From an uncultured Pelagibacteraceae bacterium (GTDB lineage: Bacteria > Pseudomonadota > Alphaproteobacteria > Pelagibacterales > AG-422-B15): a stretch of DNA of 62,266 nt. Positions 48,005-56,610 of this stretch are shown one piece after another; the first letter of the stretch is position 1; every line of letters starts with the position of its first letter. The notes under the pieces are model-generated. The model was not told the DNA's origin and searched no databases. It saw only the letters and a list, made by a program, of their open reading frames with translations. The stretch is taken from positions 1 through 62,266 of the forward strand of contig CACMAQ010000003.1 of NCBI GenBank assembly GCA_902611715.1. Reading direction: 5' to 3'. A program made the position numbers and the translations under genes.

Positions 48005-49213
48005 TTATTTTTTCTCTCTCAATCTTAGTGCGTTTAATTTTATAAAACCTTCAGCATCTTTTTGAGAATAAACTTGATCTGACTCAAATGTTGCAAGATT
48101 TGGATTGTACAGGCTCATTGATGACTCTCTTCCTGTAATCATCGTATTACCTTTAAAGAGTTTAAGTCTTGCCTTACCCTCAACTTTTTCTTGTGATTTA
48201 TCAATCATTGATTGCATCATCTCTCTTTCAGGAGAGAACCAATAACCGTTGTAGACAAGCTCGGCATATTTAGGCGCTAACTCATCTTTCATATGTGCAG
48301 CTTCTTTATCGAGTGTGATGCTTTCAATGGCTCTGTGTGCGTGATATAGAATGGTTCCCCCAGGAGTTTCATAAATTCCTCTAGATTTCATGCCAATGTA
48401 TCTGTTTTCAACAAGATCAACTCGTCCAATTCCATGTTTTCCACCAAGCTCATTAAGAGATTTTAATATTTCAAATGGTGTTAAAGCCTTTCCGTTGAGT
48501 GCACATGCATCGCCTTTTTTAAATTCAATCGTTATTTCTTCTGCCTTATCAGGTGCTTGTTCAGGTGAAACACTTCTGGTGTAAACATAATCAGGCGCTT
48601 CGACCCATGGATCTTCAAGAACTTTTCCTTCTGCTGAAGAGTGCAAAATATTTTCATCAATACTGAATGGTTGTTCCCCTCTTTTATCTTTTGCTATTTC
48701 AATTCCGTGCTTATCAGCGTATTCGACAAGTGATGTTCTTGATGATAAATCCCATTCTCTCCAAGGACTGATTATTTTTATATCAGGCTTATGATAATAG
48801 TATCCAAGCTCAAATCTAATTTGATCATTTCCTTTTCCTGTTGCACCATGGGATACCGCATCAGCATTAATCTTATTTGCAATTTCTATCTGTTTTTTTG
48901 CAATTAGAGGTCTTGCGATAGAAGTACCGAGTAAGTAGTAGCCCTCATAAAGTGGATTAGCTCTAAACATTGGAAAGACATAATCACTTACAAATTCTTC
49001 TTTAAGGTCTTCGATAAATATTTCTTTCGTTCCTTGCTTTTCAGCTTTTGCTTTGACTAAATTATAGTCTTCATCTTGACCTAGATTTGCTGTAAAAGTT
49101 GCCACTTCACATTGATACGTCTCTTTTAGCCACCTCAAAATGACTGAAGTGTCTAAACCACCTGAGTATGCAAGAACAACTTTATTTATTTTATCCATTT
49201 GCCCTGAGTTCAC
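48005..49213 (-). CDS. argG: Argininosuccinate synthase
   Basis: 402 aa with AYSGGLDTS. The true start may be ATG 49198 ([14 protein letters not shown]). Overlaps the rlmN 3' end. Confidence 0.95.
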   Translation of the reverse strand: MNSGQMDKINKVVLAYSGGLDTSVILRWLKETYQCEVATFTANLGQDEDYNLVKAKAEKQGTKEIFIEDLKEEFVSDYVFPMFRANPLYEGYYLLGTSIARPLIAKKQIEIANKINADAVSHGATGKGNDQIRFELGYYYHKPDIKIISPWREWDLSSRTSLVEYADKHGIEIAKDKRGEQPFSIDENILHSSAEGKVLEDPWVEAPDYVYTRSVSPEQAPDKAEEITIEFKKGDACALNGKALTPFEILKSLNELGGKHGIGRVDLVENRYIGMKSRGIYETPGGTILYHAHRAIESITLDKEAAHMKDELAPKYAELVYNGYWFSPEREMMQSMIDKSQEKVEGKARLKLFKGNTMITGRESSMSLYNPNLATFESDQVYSQKDAEGFIKLNALRLREKK

Positions 49214-50288
49214 TTTTTCTAATTTTTATACTAGAGGATTTTAATTGACCACACGCAGCCATAATATCTTGCCCCCTGGTTTTTCTAACTGGGCTTGCAT
49301 AACCTGCATTTTTAATTATGTCACTAAATTTCTTGATATCTTCTTTACTAGAACATTCGTAAGGTGAATTAGGCCAAGGATTGAAAGGAATAAGGTTTAT
49401 TTTTGCCGGAATTCCAGAAATTAGCTTAACAAGTTTACGAGCGTCTTGCGCTGTATCATTTACTCCCTTTAACATGACATATTCAAAAGTTATTCGTCTA
49501 GAATTCTTTGATCGAGGATATTCTCTACACGCCTTTATAAGCTCTTTAAGTGGAAATTTCTTATTGATAGGAACAATATCATTTCTCAATTCATCGTTTG
49601 TAGCGTGCAAAGAAATTGCCAATCTTGAGTCAACTTCATTACCCCATTTAATAATTTCAGGAACAATGCCTGAAGTGCTTAGGGTAATTTTCTTAGTAGA
49701 CAATTGTATACCCTCTTTGTCTCCCATAATTTCAGCAGCATTTTTAACATTTTCATAATTATAGAGAGGCTCTCCCATACCCATAAACACAACATTTGAA
49801 ATTTTACGATCTCTTCCATTTGGCCAATCTGAAAGACTGTCCTTTGCCAAAAGAAGCTGTGAAATAATTTCACTAGATGTTAAATTTCGAACCAGTTTTT
49901 GTGTTCCGGTAAAGCAAAACTTGCAGTTCAGTGTGCAGCCAACTTGTGATGAAACACATAGCGTTCCTCGATTTTCTTCAGGGATAAAAACTGTTTCAAT
50001 AAGGTTGCTATCATTTAATTTCAAAAGCCATTTTTGTGTTCCATCTTTTGATATTTGATGTGATTTTACTTTTGGTCTTCTAATAATAAAATGATCTTTT
50101 AGTTTTTTTCTAAGGTCTTTTGAAACAGTCGTCATTTTGTCAAAATCGGTTTCACCTCTAAAATAAAGCCAATGCCAAAGTTGTTTGGATCTAAATTTTT
50201 CTTTAACTTGGATTAAGTCTTTCTTTATAAGAGTTTCAGATATTTCATTAAGACTTAAACCAATTAAGTCGAGTTTATCATCTGTCAT
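49191..50288 (-). CDS. rlmN: 23S rRNA / tRNA (adenine-C2)-methyltransferase RlmN (radical SAM)
   Basis: 365 aa with radical-SAM cluster [17 protein letters not shown] and C-terminal ACGQL. Confidence 0.9.
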   Translation of the reverse strand: MTDDKLDLIGLSLNEISETLIKKDLIQVKEKFRSKQLWHWLYFRGETDFDKMTTVSKDLRKKLKDHFIIRRPKVKSHQISKDGTQKWLLKLNDSNLIETVFIPEENRGTLCVSSQVGCTLNCKFCFTGTQKLVRNLTSSEIISQLLLAKDSLSDWPNGRDRKISNVVFMGMGEPLYNYENVKNAAEIMGDKEGIQLSTKKITLSTSGIVPEIIKWGNEVDSRLAISLHATNDELRNDIVPINKKFPLKELIKACREYPRSKNSRRITFEYVMLKGVNDTAQDARKLVKLISGIPAKINLIPFNPWPNSPYECSSKEDIKKFSDIIKNAGYASPVRKTRGQDIMAACGQLKSSSIKIRKSELRANG

Positions 50289-50294
50289 TGTATT

Positions 50295-50813
50295 TTATGA
50301 GCAGGCTTTATCGATTGCCGCTAGTGCTTTTGTGAATCCGATTAAAGAATATGTATCTGTAATTTTTGTTCCACGGCTTGAGGTGCTTTTAACTTTCACG
50401 CGCGCTCCATTTTTCATATCCTTAATGAGTTGTTTGCCGTTTTCTCCATCTGCCAACCAAGCTCTTGATTCAACTGTAAAAAATTTATACTTATTACTAC
50501 CAATACTCACTTCGACCATGCTTTTGGGTTTAAACGTGAAACCAGTATCCACACTCGGCTCATGAAAAGTCTTATCATCTTTGAAATTTGTGATCATCAG
50601 AGCATGTTCGCCTCGATTAAGATCGGACGGGTTCGTTGCTATCGGCTCTGATATGATATAACAGATCTTTGCTATGCCATCTTTAAATTCTTTAGCTTGC
50701 CATGCACCACTTTTGCCAAATGAGCCCAAATGCACGACATCAATTACTGCAAAAGCACTTATTGAACTCAACAGTAAAATTGATAGAATAAGTTTGAAAT
50801 TTATTAATTTCAT
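50295..50813 (-). CDS. Invasion-associated locus B (IalB) family periplasmic protein
   Basis: 172 aa with a signal peptide. The C-terminal DTYSLIGFTKALAAIDKAC resembles the IalB family ending. Confidence 0.65.
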   Translation of the reverse strand: MKLINFKLILSILLLSSISAFAVIDVVHLGSFGKSGAWQAKEFKDGIAKICYIISEPIATNPSDLNRGEHALMITNFKDDKTFHEPSVDTGFTFKPKSMVEVSIGSNKYKFFTVESRAWLADGENGKQLIKDMKNGARVKVKSTSSRGTKITDTYSLIGFTKALAAIDKACS

Positions 50814-50843
50814 AGTCGCTAATTTATATCGAGATTCACAATT

Positions 50844-51863
50844 ATGAAAGCAATTGTTTGTAAAGAATTTGGCCCGCCAAGCTCACTTGTTTACGAGGAT
50901 GTTGAATTACCTGAACTTAAAAAGAGTCAAATATTAATAGATGTTCACTCTGCTGGAGTCAATTTTCCAGATACTTTAATCATTCAAGATAAGTATCAAG
51001 TTAAGCCTCCGCTTCCTTTTTCGCCAGGAGGTGAAATCTCAGGAGTCATTAGTGCGATAGGTGAAACCGTTTCTGATTGGAAGGTTGGTGATGAGGTCGT
51101 TGCTATGATAGGCTTTGGAGGTTTTAGGGAACAAGTCATAACTAGTCCAGGAAATATATTTCGCAAACCAAGTAGTATGGATTTTACTACCGCTTCTTGT
51201 TTTACATTAACCTATGGCACATCACACTATGCTCTAAAAAATCGTGGTCATCTTAAAGAGGGTGAAAATTTACTTGTCCTAGGTGCTGCAGGCGGTGTTG
51301 GTATATCAGCCGTTGAAATAGGAAAAGCAATGGGTGCCAGAGTTATAGCTGGTGCATCTTCTGATGAAAAACTAGAAGTATGCAAAGAGTATGGAGCTGA
51401 CGAAGTTATTAATTATGGAAAGTATGATTTAACCAATCGAGATCATGTGAAAGAATTTAGAGCAGAAATTTCAAAAGCAACGGGCGGTAAAGGACCAGAT
51501 GTAATCTATGACCCAGTTGGAGCAGATTTCACTGAGCCCGCTTTACGAAGTATTGCATGGAATGGACGCTTCTTAGTTATTGGTTGGGCAGCTGGCTATA
51601 TTCCAAAAATACCGATGAACTTATACTTAATCAAAGGTTGTTCTGCTGTTGGGGTGTTTTGGGGTCAATTTACAGCTTTAGAACCACAAGAGCATCTTGC
51701 CAACATGAACCAACTAACTGGTTGGTACGAAGAGGGAAAATTGAAAGCTCCAGTGACTGAATTGCTGCCGCTTGAACAAGGTCAACAGGCTTTGGAGACA
51801 ATTCTAGCCCGTAAGGCTACTGGAAAAATAGCGCTAACTACATCTTTTTATAAATCTCAGTAA
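50844..51863 (+). CDS. NADPH:quinone oxidoreductase (medium-chain, zeta-crystallin-like)
   Basis: 339 aa with GVNFPD, GDEV and NADPH motif LGAAGGVG. Confidence 0.85.
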   Translation: MKAIVCKEFGPPSSLVYEDVELPELKKSQILIDVHSAGVNFPDTLIIQDKYQVKPPLPFSPGGEISGVISAIGETVSDWKVGDEVVAMIGFGGFREQVITSPGNIFRKPSSMDFTTASCFTLTYGTSHYALKNRGHLKEGENLLVLGAAGGVGISAVEIGKAMGARVIAGASSDEKLEVCKEYGADEVINYGKYDLTNRDHVKEFRAEISKATGGKGPDVIYDPVGADFTEPALRSIAWNGRFLVIGWAAGYIPKIPMNLYLIKGCSAVGVFWGQFTALEPQEHLANMNQLTGWYEEGKLKAPVTELLPLEQGQQALETILARKATGKIALTTSFYKSQ

Positions 51864-51864
51864 T

Positions 51865-52152
51865 TTACTTGGTTTTCTGGTTCATTTCTCTGGCCATATC
51901 TAAGTCCAGATTTGTCACCCCACCAGCATCGTGAGTTGACAAAGTAACTTCAACAGTACTGTAGACATTAAACCATTCAGGATGATGATCTTTTTTTTCT
52001 GCATGGATTGCCATCGATGTCATCCACCCAAAAGCTTCTTGAAAGTTATTAAATTTAAATGTTTTTGTTATAGCACTTCGCCCTTTGACCATCTTCCAAC
52101 CAGACAATCTTTTTAATTTTTTAGTAAGTTCAGCTTTAGAGATTTTTTTCAT
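51865..52152 (-). CDS. Pterin-4a-carbinolamine dehydratase
   Basis: 95 aa. DHHPEWFNVYSTVEVTLSTHDAGGVT is the PCD signature. TAATG junction with the upstream aldo-keto reductase. Confidence 0.85.
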   Translation of the reverse strand: MKKISKAELTKKLKRLSGWKMVKGRSAITKTFKFNNFQEAFGWMTSMAIHAEKKDHHPEWFNVYSTVEVTLSTHDAGGVTNLDLDMAREMNQKTK

Positions 52153-53207
52153 TATGGTGCAGGGTTTGGAATTTCTTTGTGAATACTTCTTATCTCATTG
52201 ATAATTTCTTTTGTAATATCAAGATCAACACTGTCTATACAGGTTTTTAATTGTTCCATTGTAGTGGCTCCAATAATTGTTGATGTGACAAATGGCTGAA
52301 TGTTACAAAATTGAATAGCTAGTTGAGCAGGATCAATTTCGTATTTTTTTGCAAGATTTACATACATTTCAATTGCCTGTTGTGTCTTATCTCCTTTATA
52401 TCTCATCATCAAAGGACCATCGCCAAATAGTGCGAGTCTCGAACCTTGAGGCATCTGCCCACCTAAATATTTTCCAGTTAATGTTCCTTGTGCTAAAGGC
52501 GAGTAAGCAAGCAAGCCCACTTGTTCGTGCATTGCAACTTCAGATAATCCAATTTCAAAACCTCTATTAACCAAATTGTAAGCATTCTGAATCGAAGCAA
52601 CACGTGGAAGAGACTTTGTTTCAGCGAGCTCTAAATATTTCATAGTTCCCCACGGTGTTTCGTTAGATAAGCCAATCTGCCTGACTTTGCCCTGCTTAAC
52701 TAATTCGCCAAGAGCCTCAAGAGTTTCCTCTAATGGAATTGAGTCAGATGTGTCCATATGTTTGTACTCAAGTCTTCCCGAAAATGCACCAAAAGGCCTA
52801 TCAGGCCAATGAACTTGGTATAAATCAATGTAATCTGTTTGCAGTCTCTTGAGACTTTGCTCAACTGCATAGAAAACATGTTCTTTGGACAACCGAGGTA
52901 TTTCCTCATTTTCTCTTAGCCATGACATTCCAGAACGACCAGCAACTTTAGTAGCAAGTACAATTTTGTCTCTGTTGCCTCTCGCTTTGAACCAAGTTCC
53001 AATATATTTTTCAGTTAAACCCTGAGTTTCAGCTTTTGTGGGAACAGCATAAATTTCAGCAGTATCGATAAAATTAACTTCGTGGTCTAAGGAGTAATCC
53101 AACTGATCGTGTGCGTCGGCCTCGGTATTCTGTTCTCCCCAAGTCATGGTTCCTAAACAAATTAAACTTACATCAATATCAGATCTTCCGAGTTTTCTGT
53201 ATTCCAT
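52152..53207 (-). CDS. tas: NADP(H)-dependent aldo-keto reductase, Tas-like
   Basis: 351 aa. The N-terminus MEYRKLGRSDIDVSLICLGTMTWGEQNTEADAHDQLDY closely parallels my recollection of E. coli Tas. Confidence 0.8.
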   Translation of the reverse strand: MEYRKLGRSDIDVSLICLGTMTWGEQNTEADAHDQLDYSLDHEVNFIDTAEIYAVPTKAETQGLTEKYIGTWFKARGNRDKIVLATKVAGRSGMSWLRENEEIPRLSKEHVFYAVEQSLKRLQTDYIDLYQVHWPDRPFGAFSGRLEYKHMDTSDSIPLEETLEALGELVKQGKVRQIGLSNETPWGTMKYLELAETKSLPRVASIQNAYNLVNRGFEIGLSEVAMHEQVGLLAYSPLAQGTLTGKYLGGQMPQGSRLALFGDGPLMMRYKGDKTQQAIEMYVNLAKKYEIDPAQLAIQFCNIQPFVTSTIIGATTMEQLKTCIDSVDLDITKEIINEIRSIHKEIPNPAP

Positions 53208-53234
53208 TAATTATCCTCATAAAAATTATCAGTT

Positions 53235-54254
53235 TTACCTATTATCCATTACATCCTGTATTGATTTTCCCATATCAATTATAGTTTTTTCAAACGGTAT
53301 AGGTGTCCATGAAAATACATCTACTGTTTGTGAGTTATCCATAGTTATTTTCTGATTTAAAAATGTCTTCATGGTCTTCATTTCAGCACTAAATAAAGCA
53401 AGAAATTTTACCACAAAGTCCGGAAGAGTTTTGGTTGTAACCTTTGGAAAACCATTAGTACTTAATGTCTTAGCAATATCAAGTAAGGGAACTGACTCAT
53501 TTGATGTGCAAGCAAAACGCTTTCCATTAGACTTGCTATTTTTAATTGCTTCAACTTGAAGTTTGGCTATGTCTCTAACATCGACATAATTCATATATAT
53601 GTTTGGAACCGCTGGAATCTCTCTTGTAAGAAAACGCTTAATGGTATCAGTAGATGTTCCGCCAATATCATCACTTAATGAGGGCCCTAAAACAAAGGAT
53701 GGATTAATAACGGTCATATCGAATATTTTTTCAGTTTGCGACTCCATAAAATCCCACGCTGCTTTTTCAGCTATCGTTTTACTTTTCACATAAGGTGTCA
53801 CATTTTTTCCTTCAATATTAGTCCAATCATTATGATCAAAAACTTTATCTGGATCGTCGTGACCATATTGTATTGCTGCAACCGACGACGTGAGTATTAA
53901 TTTTTTAATATTTGCCTTTTTTGCTGCTTTAAGTGCTCTAATAGTACCTTCTTTTGCGGGGATAATTACATCATTTTCATTTTTTGGCTCCTTAAAGGGA
54001 AATGGAGAGGCAACGTGTAAAACATAGCTACATCCAATCATTGCATCATTCCAGCCTTCATCTTCATTTAGATTAAGCTGACAAAATTCGAGATTATTTT
54101 TAGCATCTACCTCTTTAGCTATTGCCTGCCTTACTTCTGCTTCACGATTTTCAGAGCGTAAAGACGTTCTAACTGAGTATCCTTTTTTGAGTAATTCAGC
54201 TATGCAATGTTGGGCAATGTAACCTGATCCTCCCGTAACTAAAACTTTTTCCAT
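53235..54254 (-). CDS. Extended SDR, dihydroflavonol/cinnamoyl-CoA-reductase-like aldehyde reductase (paralog 1)
   Basis: 339 aa with VTGGSGYIAQH and catalytic YVKSK. Confidence 0.8.
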   Translation of the reverse strand: MEKVLVTGGSGYIAQHCIAELLKKGYSVRTSLRSENREAEVRQAIAKEVDAKNNLEFCQLNLNEDEGWNDAMIGCSYVLHVASPFPFKEPKNENDVIIPAKEGTIRALKAAKKANIKKLILTSSVAAIQYGHDDPDKVFDHNDWTNIEGKNVTPYVKSKTIAEKAAWDFMESQTEKIFDMTVINPSFVLGPSLSDDIGGTSTDTIKRFLTREIPAVPNIYMNYVDVRDIAKLQVEAIKNSKSNGKRFACTSNESVPLLDIAKTLSTNGFPKVTTKTLPDFVVKFLALFSAEMKTMKTFLNQKITMDNSQTVDVFSWTPIPFEKTIIDMGKSIQDVMDNR

Positions 54255-54262
54255 ATATTATT

Positions 54263-55270
54263 CTACTTTTTAAGTATTTTACCCATAGATAGCGCCATGT
54301 CACTTATTGTTTTTTCAACTGGTGTGGGTTTCCAGTTAAATATAGAAACTGTTGAGCCGATATCGGTTTTATAACTCCCCCTTTTGATATTTTTTAAAAT
54401 ACCTTTCATTTGTAAATTGAACAATGCAAAAACTCTAAATAAAAAGGTTGGCATAATTTTAGTTGAAACCTTTTCAAAGCCACTATCTTTTACAATTTTT
54501 GCAATTTTTGTAATATGATAATCATTTGTTGAAGTTGAGAGTATTCTTTTACCATCGCTGGCTTCTGATTTAAGGGCCTTCACATGCAACATTGCTGTGT
54601 CTCTTACGTCAGATATATGCATATATACATCTGGTAACGCAGGAATTTTTCCAAGTATCAGTCGAGCCATAAAACTAGCAGACGCACCCATGGTATCATT
54701 ACTTAATAGTGGACCCATGACAAAACCTGGATGAATAGTTGTCATTTTTAGATCTTTGTTTTCTGGTAAATTTATAAATTCCCAAGCAGCTTTTTCAGCT
54801 AAAGTTTTACTTTTATTATATGCACCGACATCTTTATCTGTGTTGGTCCAATCATGACTGCTACAAATTTTTTGGTTATGTCCGTAAGCAATAGCAACAA
54901 TTGACGATGTAAGAACAACTTTTTTTATACCAGCTTTCTTTGCAGCTCTAAGAGCTCGCATCGTTCCTTCTGTTGCTGGCTTTATGAGTTCATTTTCATT
55001 TTTTGGTTCTCCAACAATAAAAGGCGATGCTAAATGAATCATATAATCACAATCAGACGCACAACTGTCCCAACCTTCATCAGACATTAGATCAAGTTTA
55101 CAAAATTCTAAATTGTTGTCTGTTATTTCCTTTTTTACTGCTTCTCGTACTTCATCTTCTCTATTCATACTTCTTAGAGAACCTTTAACAGCATATCCAT
55201 TTTTCAATAATTCAGTAACGCAGTGTAGTGCTATGTAACCTGATGCTCCTGTGACTAAAACCTTCTCCAC
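54263..55270 (-). CDS. Extended SDR, dihydroflavonol/cinnamoyl-CoA-reductase-like aldehyde reductase (paralog 2)
   Basis: 335 aa with VTGASGYIALH and catalytic YNKSK. Colinear with the neighbouring paralog (MEKVLVTG...SLRS..., HLASPF, LTSS). Confidence 0.8.
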   Translation of the reverse strand: MEKVLVTGASGYIALHCVTELLKNGYAVKGSLRSMNREDEVREAVKKEITDNNLEFCKLDLMSDEGWDSCASDCDYMIHLASPFIVGEPKNENELIKPATEGTMRALRAAKKAGIKKVVLTSSIVAIAYGHNQKICSSHDWTNTDKDVGAYNKSKTLAEKAAWEFINLPENKDLKMTTIHPGFVMGPLLSNDTMGASASFMARLILGKIPALPDVYMHISDVRDTAMLHVKALKSEASDGKRILSTSTNDYHITKIAKIVKDSGFEKVSTKIMPTFLFRVFALFNLQMKGILKNIKRGSYKTDIGSTVSIFNWKPTPVEKTISDMALSMGKILKK

Positions 55271-55390
55271 TTAAACTCCTAAGTATTTGTATTAGTTTGA
55301 TAAAATCTTGATAAATAATTACTTGTATTGATTACCTTTATAATTATGTATTAAAATACATTAAACAATTTTTACAAGAGGTTTTTAAAT

Positions 55391-56125
55391 ATGGATTATC
55401 AAACTAGAGCTCAATCAACGCCAGCAATCGACGAGGGTCTAAGGCAATATATGATGAGTGTTTATAATTACATGGCATCTGGATTGGCCTTAACAGGTTT
55501 GGTTGCATATATGTTATTTCAAGCAACGGCAGTAATGGGTCCAACAGGAGAAATTGTTGGCCTTACAAATTTGGGTGTGACCCTTTATACTGGTCCAATG
55601 ATGTGGGTTGTTGCGTTAGCACCTCTTGGAATTGTGATGTATATGAGTTTTGGAATAAGAGGTATGTCTGCTTCTAGAGCACAGACAATGTTTTGGATAT
55701 TTGCATTTTTAATGGGTTTATCACTCTCTACAATTTTCCTAACTTACACTGGTGCAAGTATAGCTAGAGTATTCTTCATTACAGCAAGTACCTTTGGCGC
55801 AATGAGTATATATGGTTATACAACAAAAAGAGATTTAACTAATTTCGGATCATTTCTATTTATGGGGCTGATTGGAATTATAATTGCATCAATTGTAAAT
55901 ATCTTCATGCAATCACCTGCATTATATTATGGAATATCTATTCTTGGAGTTCTAATTTTTGTTGGTTTGACAGCTTACGATACTCAGAAGATAAAAAATA
56001 TGTATATGGCATATGATAGCGGTGAAGTCGCTGCAAAGAAAGCTATTATGGGTGCATTAACACTTTATTTAGATTTTATAAATCTATTTATAATGTTGTT
56101 AAGACTTTTTGGCCAAAGAAGATAA
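55391..56125 (+). CDS. Bax inhibitor-1 / YccA family membrane protein
   Basis: 244 aa with 7 TM segments. LRQYMMSVYNYM and the C-terminal YLDFINLFIMLLRLFG are BI-1 patterns. Confidence 0.85.
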   Translation: MDYQTRAQSTPAIDEGLRQYMMSVYNYMASGLALTGLVAYMLFQATAVMGPTGEIVGLTNLGVTLYTGPMMWVVALAPLGIVMYMSFGIRGMSASRAQTMFWIFAFLMGLSLSTIFLTYTGASIARVFFITASTFGAMSIYGYTTKRDLTNFGSFLFMGLIGIIIASIVNIFMQSPALYYGISILGVLIFVGLTAYDTQKIKNMYMAYDSGEVAAKKAIMGALTLYLDFINLFIMLLRLFGQRR

Positions 56126-56127
56126 AT

Positions 56128-56481
56128 TCAGGCTATACGTTTTACAGAAACTTTAAGGTATCGAGTAATATCTGATAGACTCTCGCTTACCTTAATTTTT
56201 TTGTTATTAAAATCGATTAACGTAAACGTTATACGCTTTCCCTTGTTTTTATTTTTAATTATTCTTAAAAAAGCATTTTCGAAAGTACTTCGATAAATTG
56301 AAAATACCGCGGTATATTTACCGTGATCTATTGCATAGTCTTTCCAATGTCCTTGGCTGACTTTTTGTGCGTATACTGAAAGTATCAGATTAAGCTCGGT
56401 TTTATGGAAACTCGTAAATTTATTTCTTGATTGACTGGAGCTTTTGAAGGTTTGGCCATTGCTGATGTAATGTATTGTCAT
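56128..56481 (-). CDS. DUF2794 family protein
   Basis: 117 aa. FHKTELNLILSVYAQKVSQGHWKDYAID resembles the DUF2794 core. The family assignment is from memory. Confidence 0.6.
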   Translation of the reverse strand: MTIHYISNGQTFKSSSQSRNKFTSFHKTELNLILSVYAQKVSQGHWKDYAIDHGKYTAVFSIYRSTFENAFLRIIKNKNKGKRITFTLIDFNNKKIKVSESLSDITRYLKVSVKRIA

Positions 56482-56562
56482 TGTTATCTTATGTTATCTT
56501 GAAAAATATGTAAAAAACACTGAAAACAGCGAAAATTTTCGGGATAACCTTACTTAAATTGC

Positions 56563-56591
56563 CTTGAATTTCGATGGATAATTCCAATATA
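56563..56591 (+). promoter_or_regulatory. Possible sigma-32 (RpoH)-type heat-shock promoter of htpG
   Basis: CTTGAA at 56563-56568, then after a 14-15-nt spacer TCCAATAT (56583-56590), compared with the consensus CTTGAA-N13-15-CCCCATNT. Ends about 20 nt upstream of the htpG ATG. Pattern match only. Confidence 0.3.
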
Positions 56592-56610
56592 GTTTTTGAG
56601 AGTAAATATT

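Noticed and set aside
49381-50565. Antisense ORFs of 125-126 aa opposite rlmN and IalB (49381-49758, 50185-50565), and similar ones opposite maf, purH, leuS and holA
   Set aside because: They are fully embedded in well-supported genes on the other strand. They have no start context or family resemblance. This is typical antisense-frame stop depletion.
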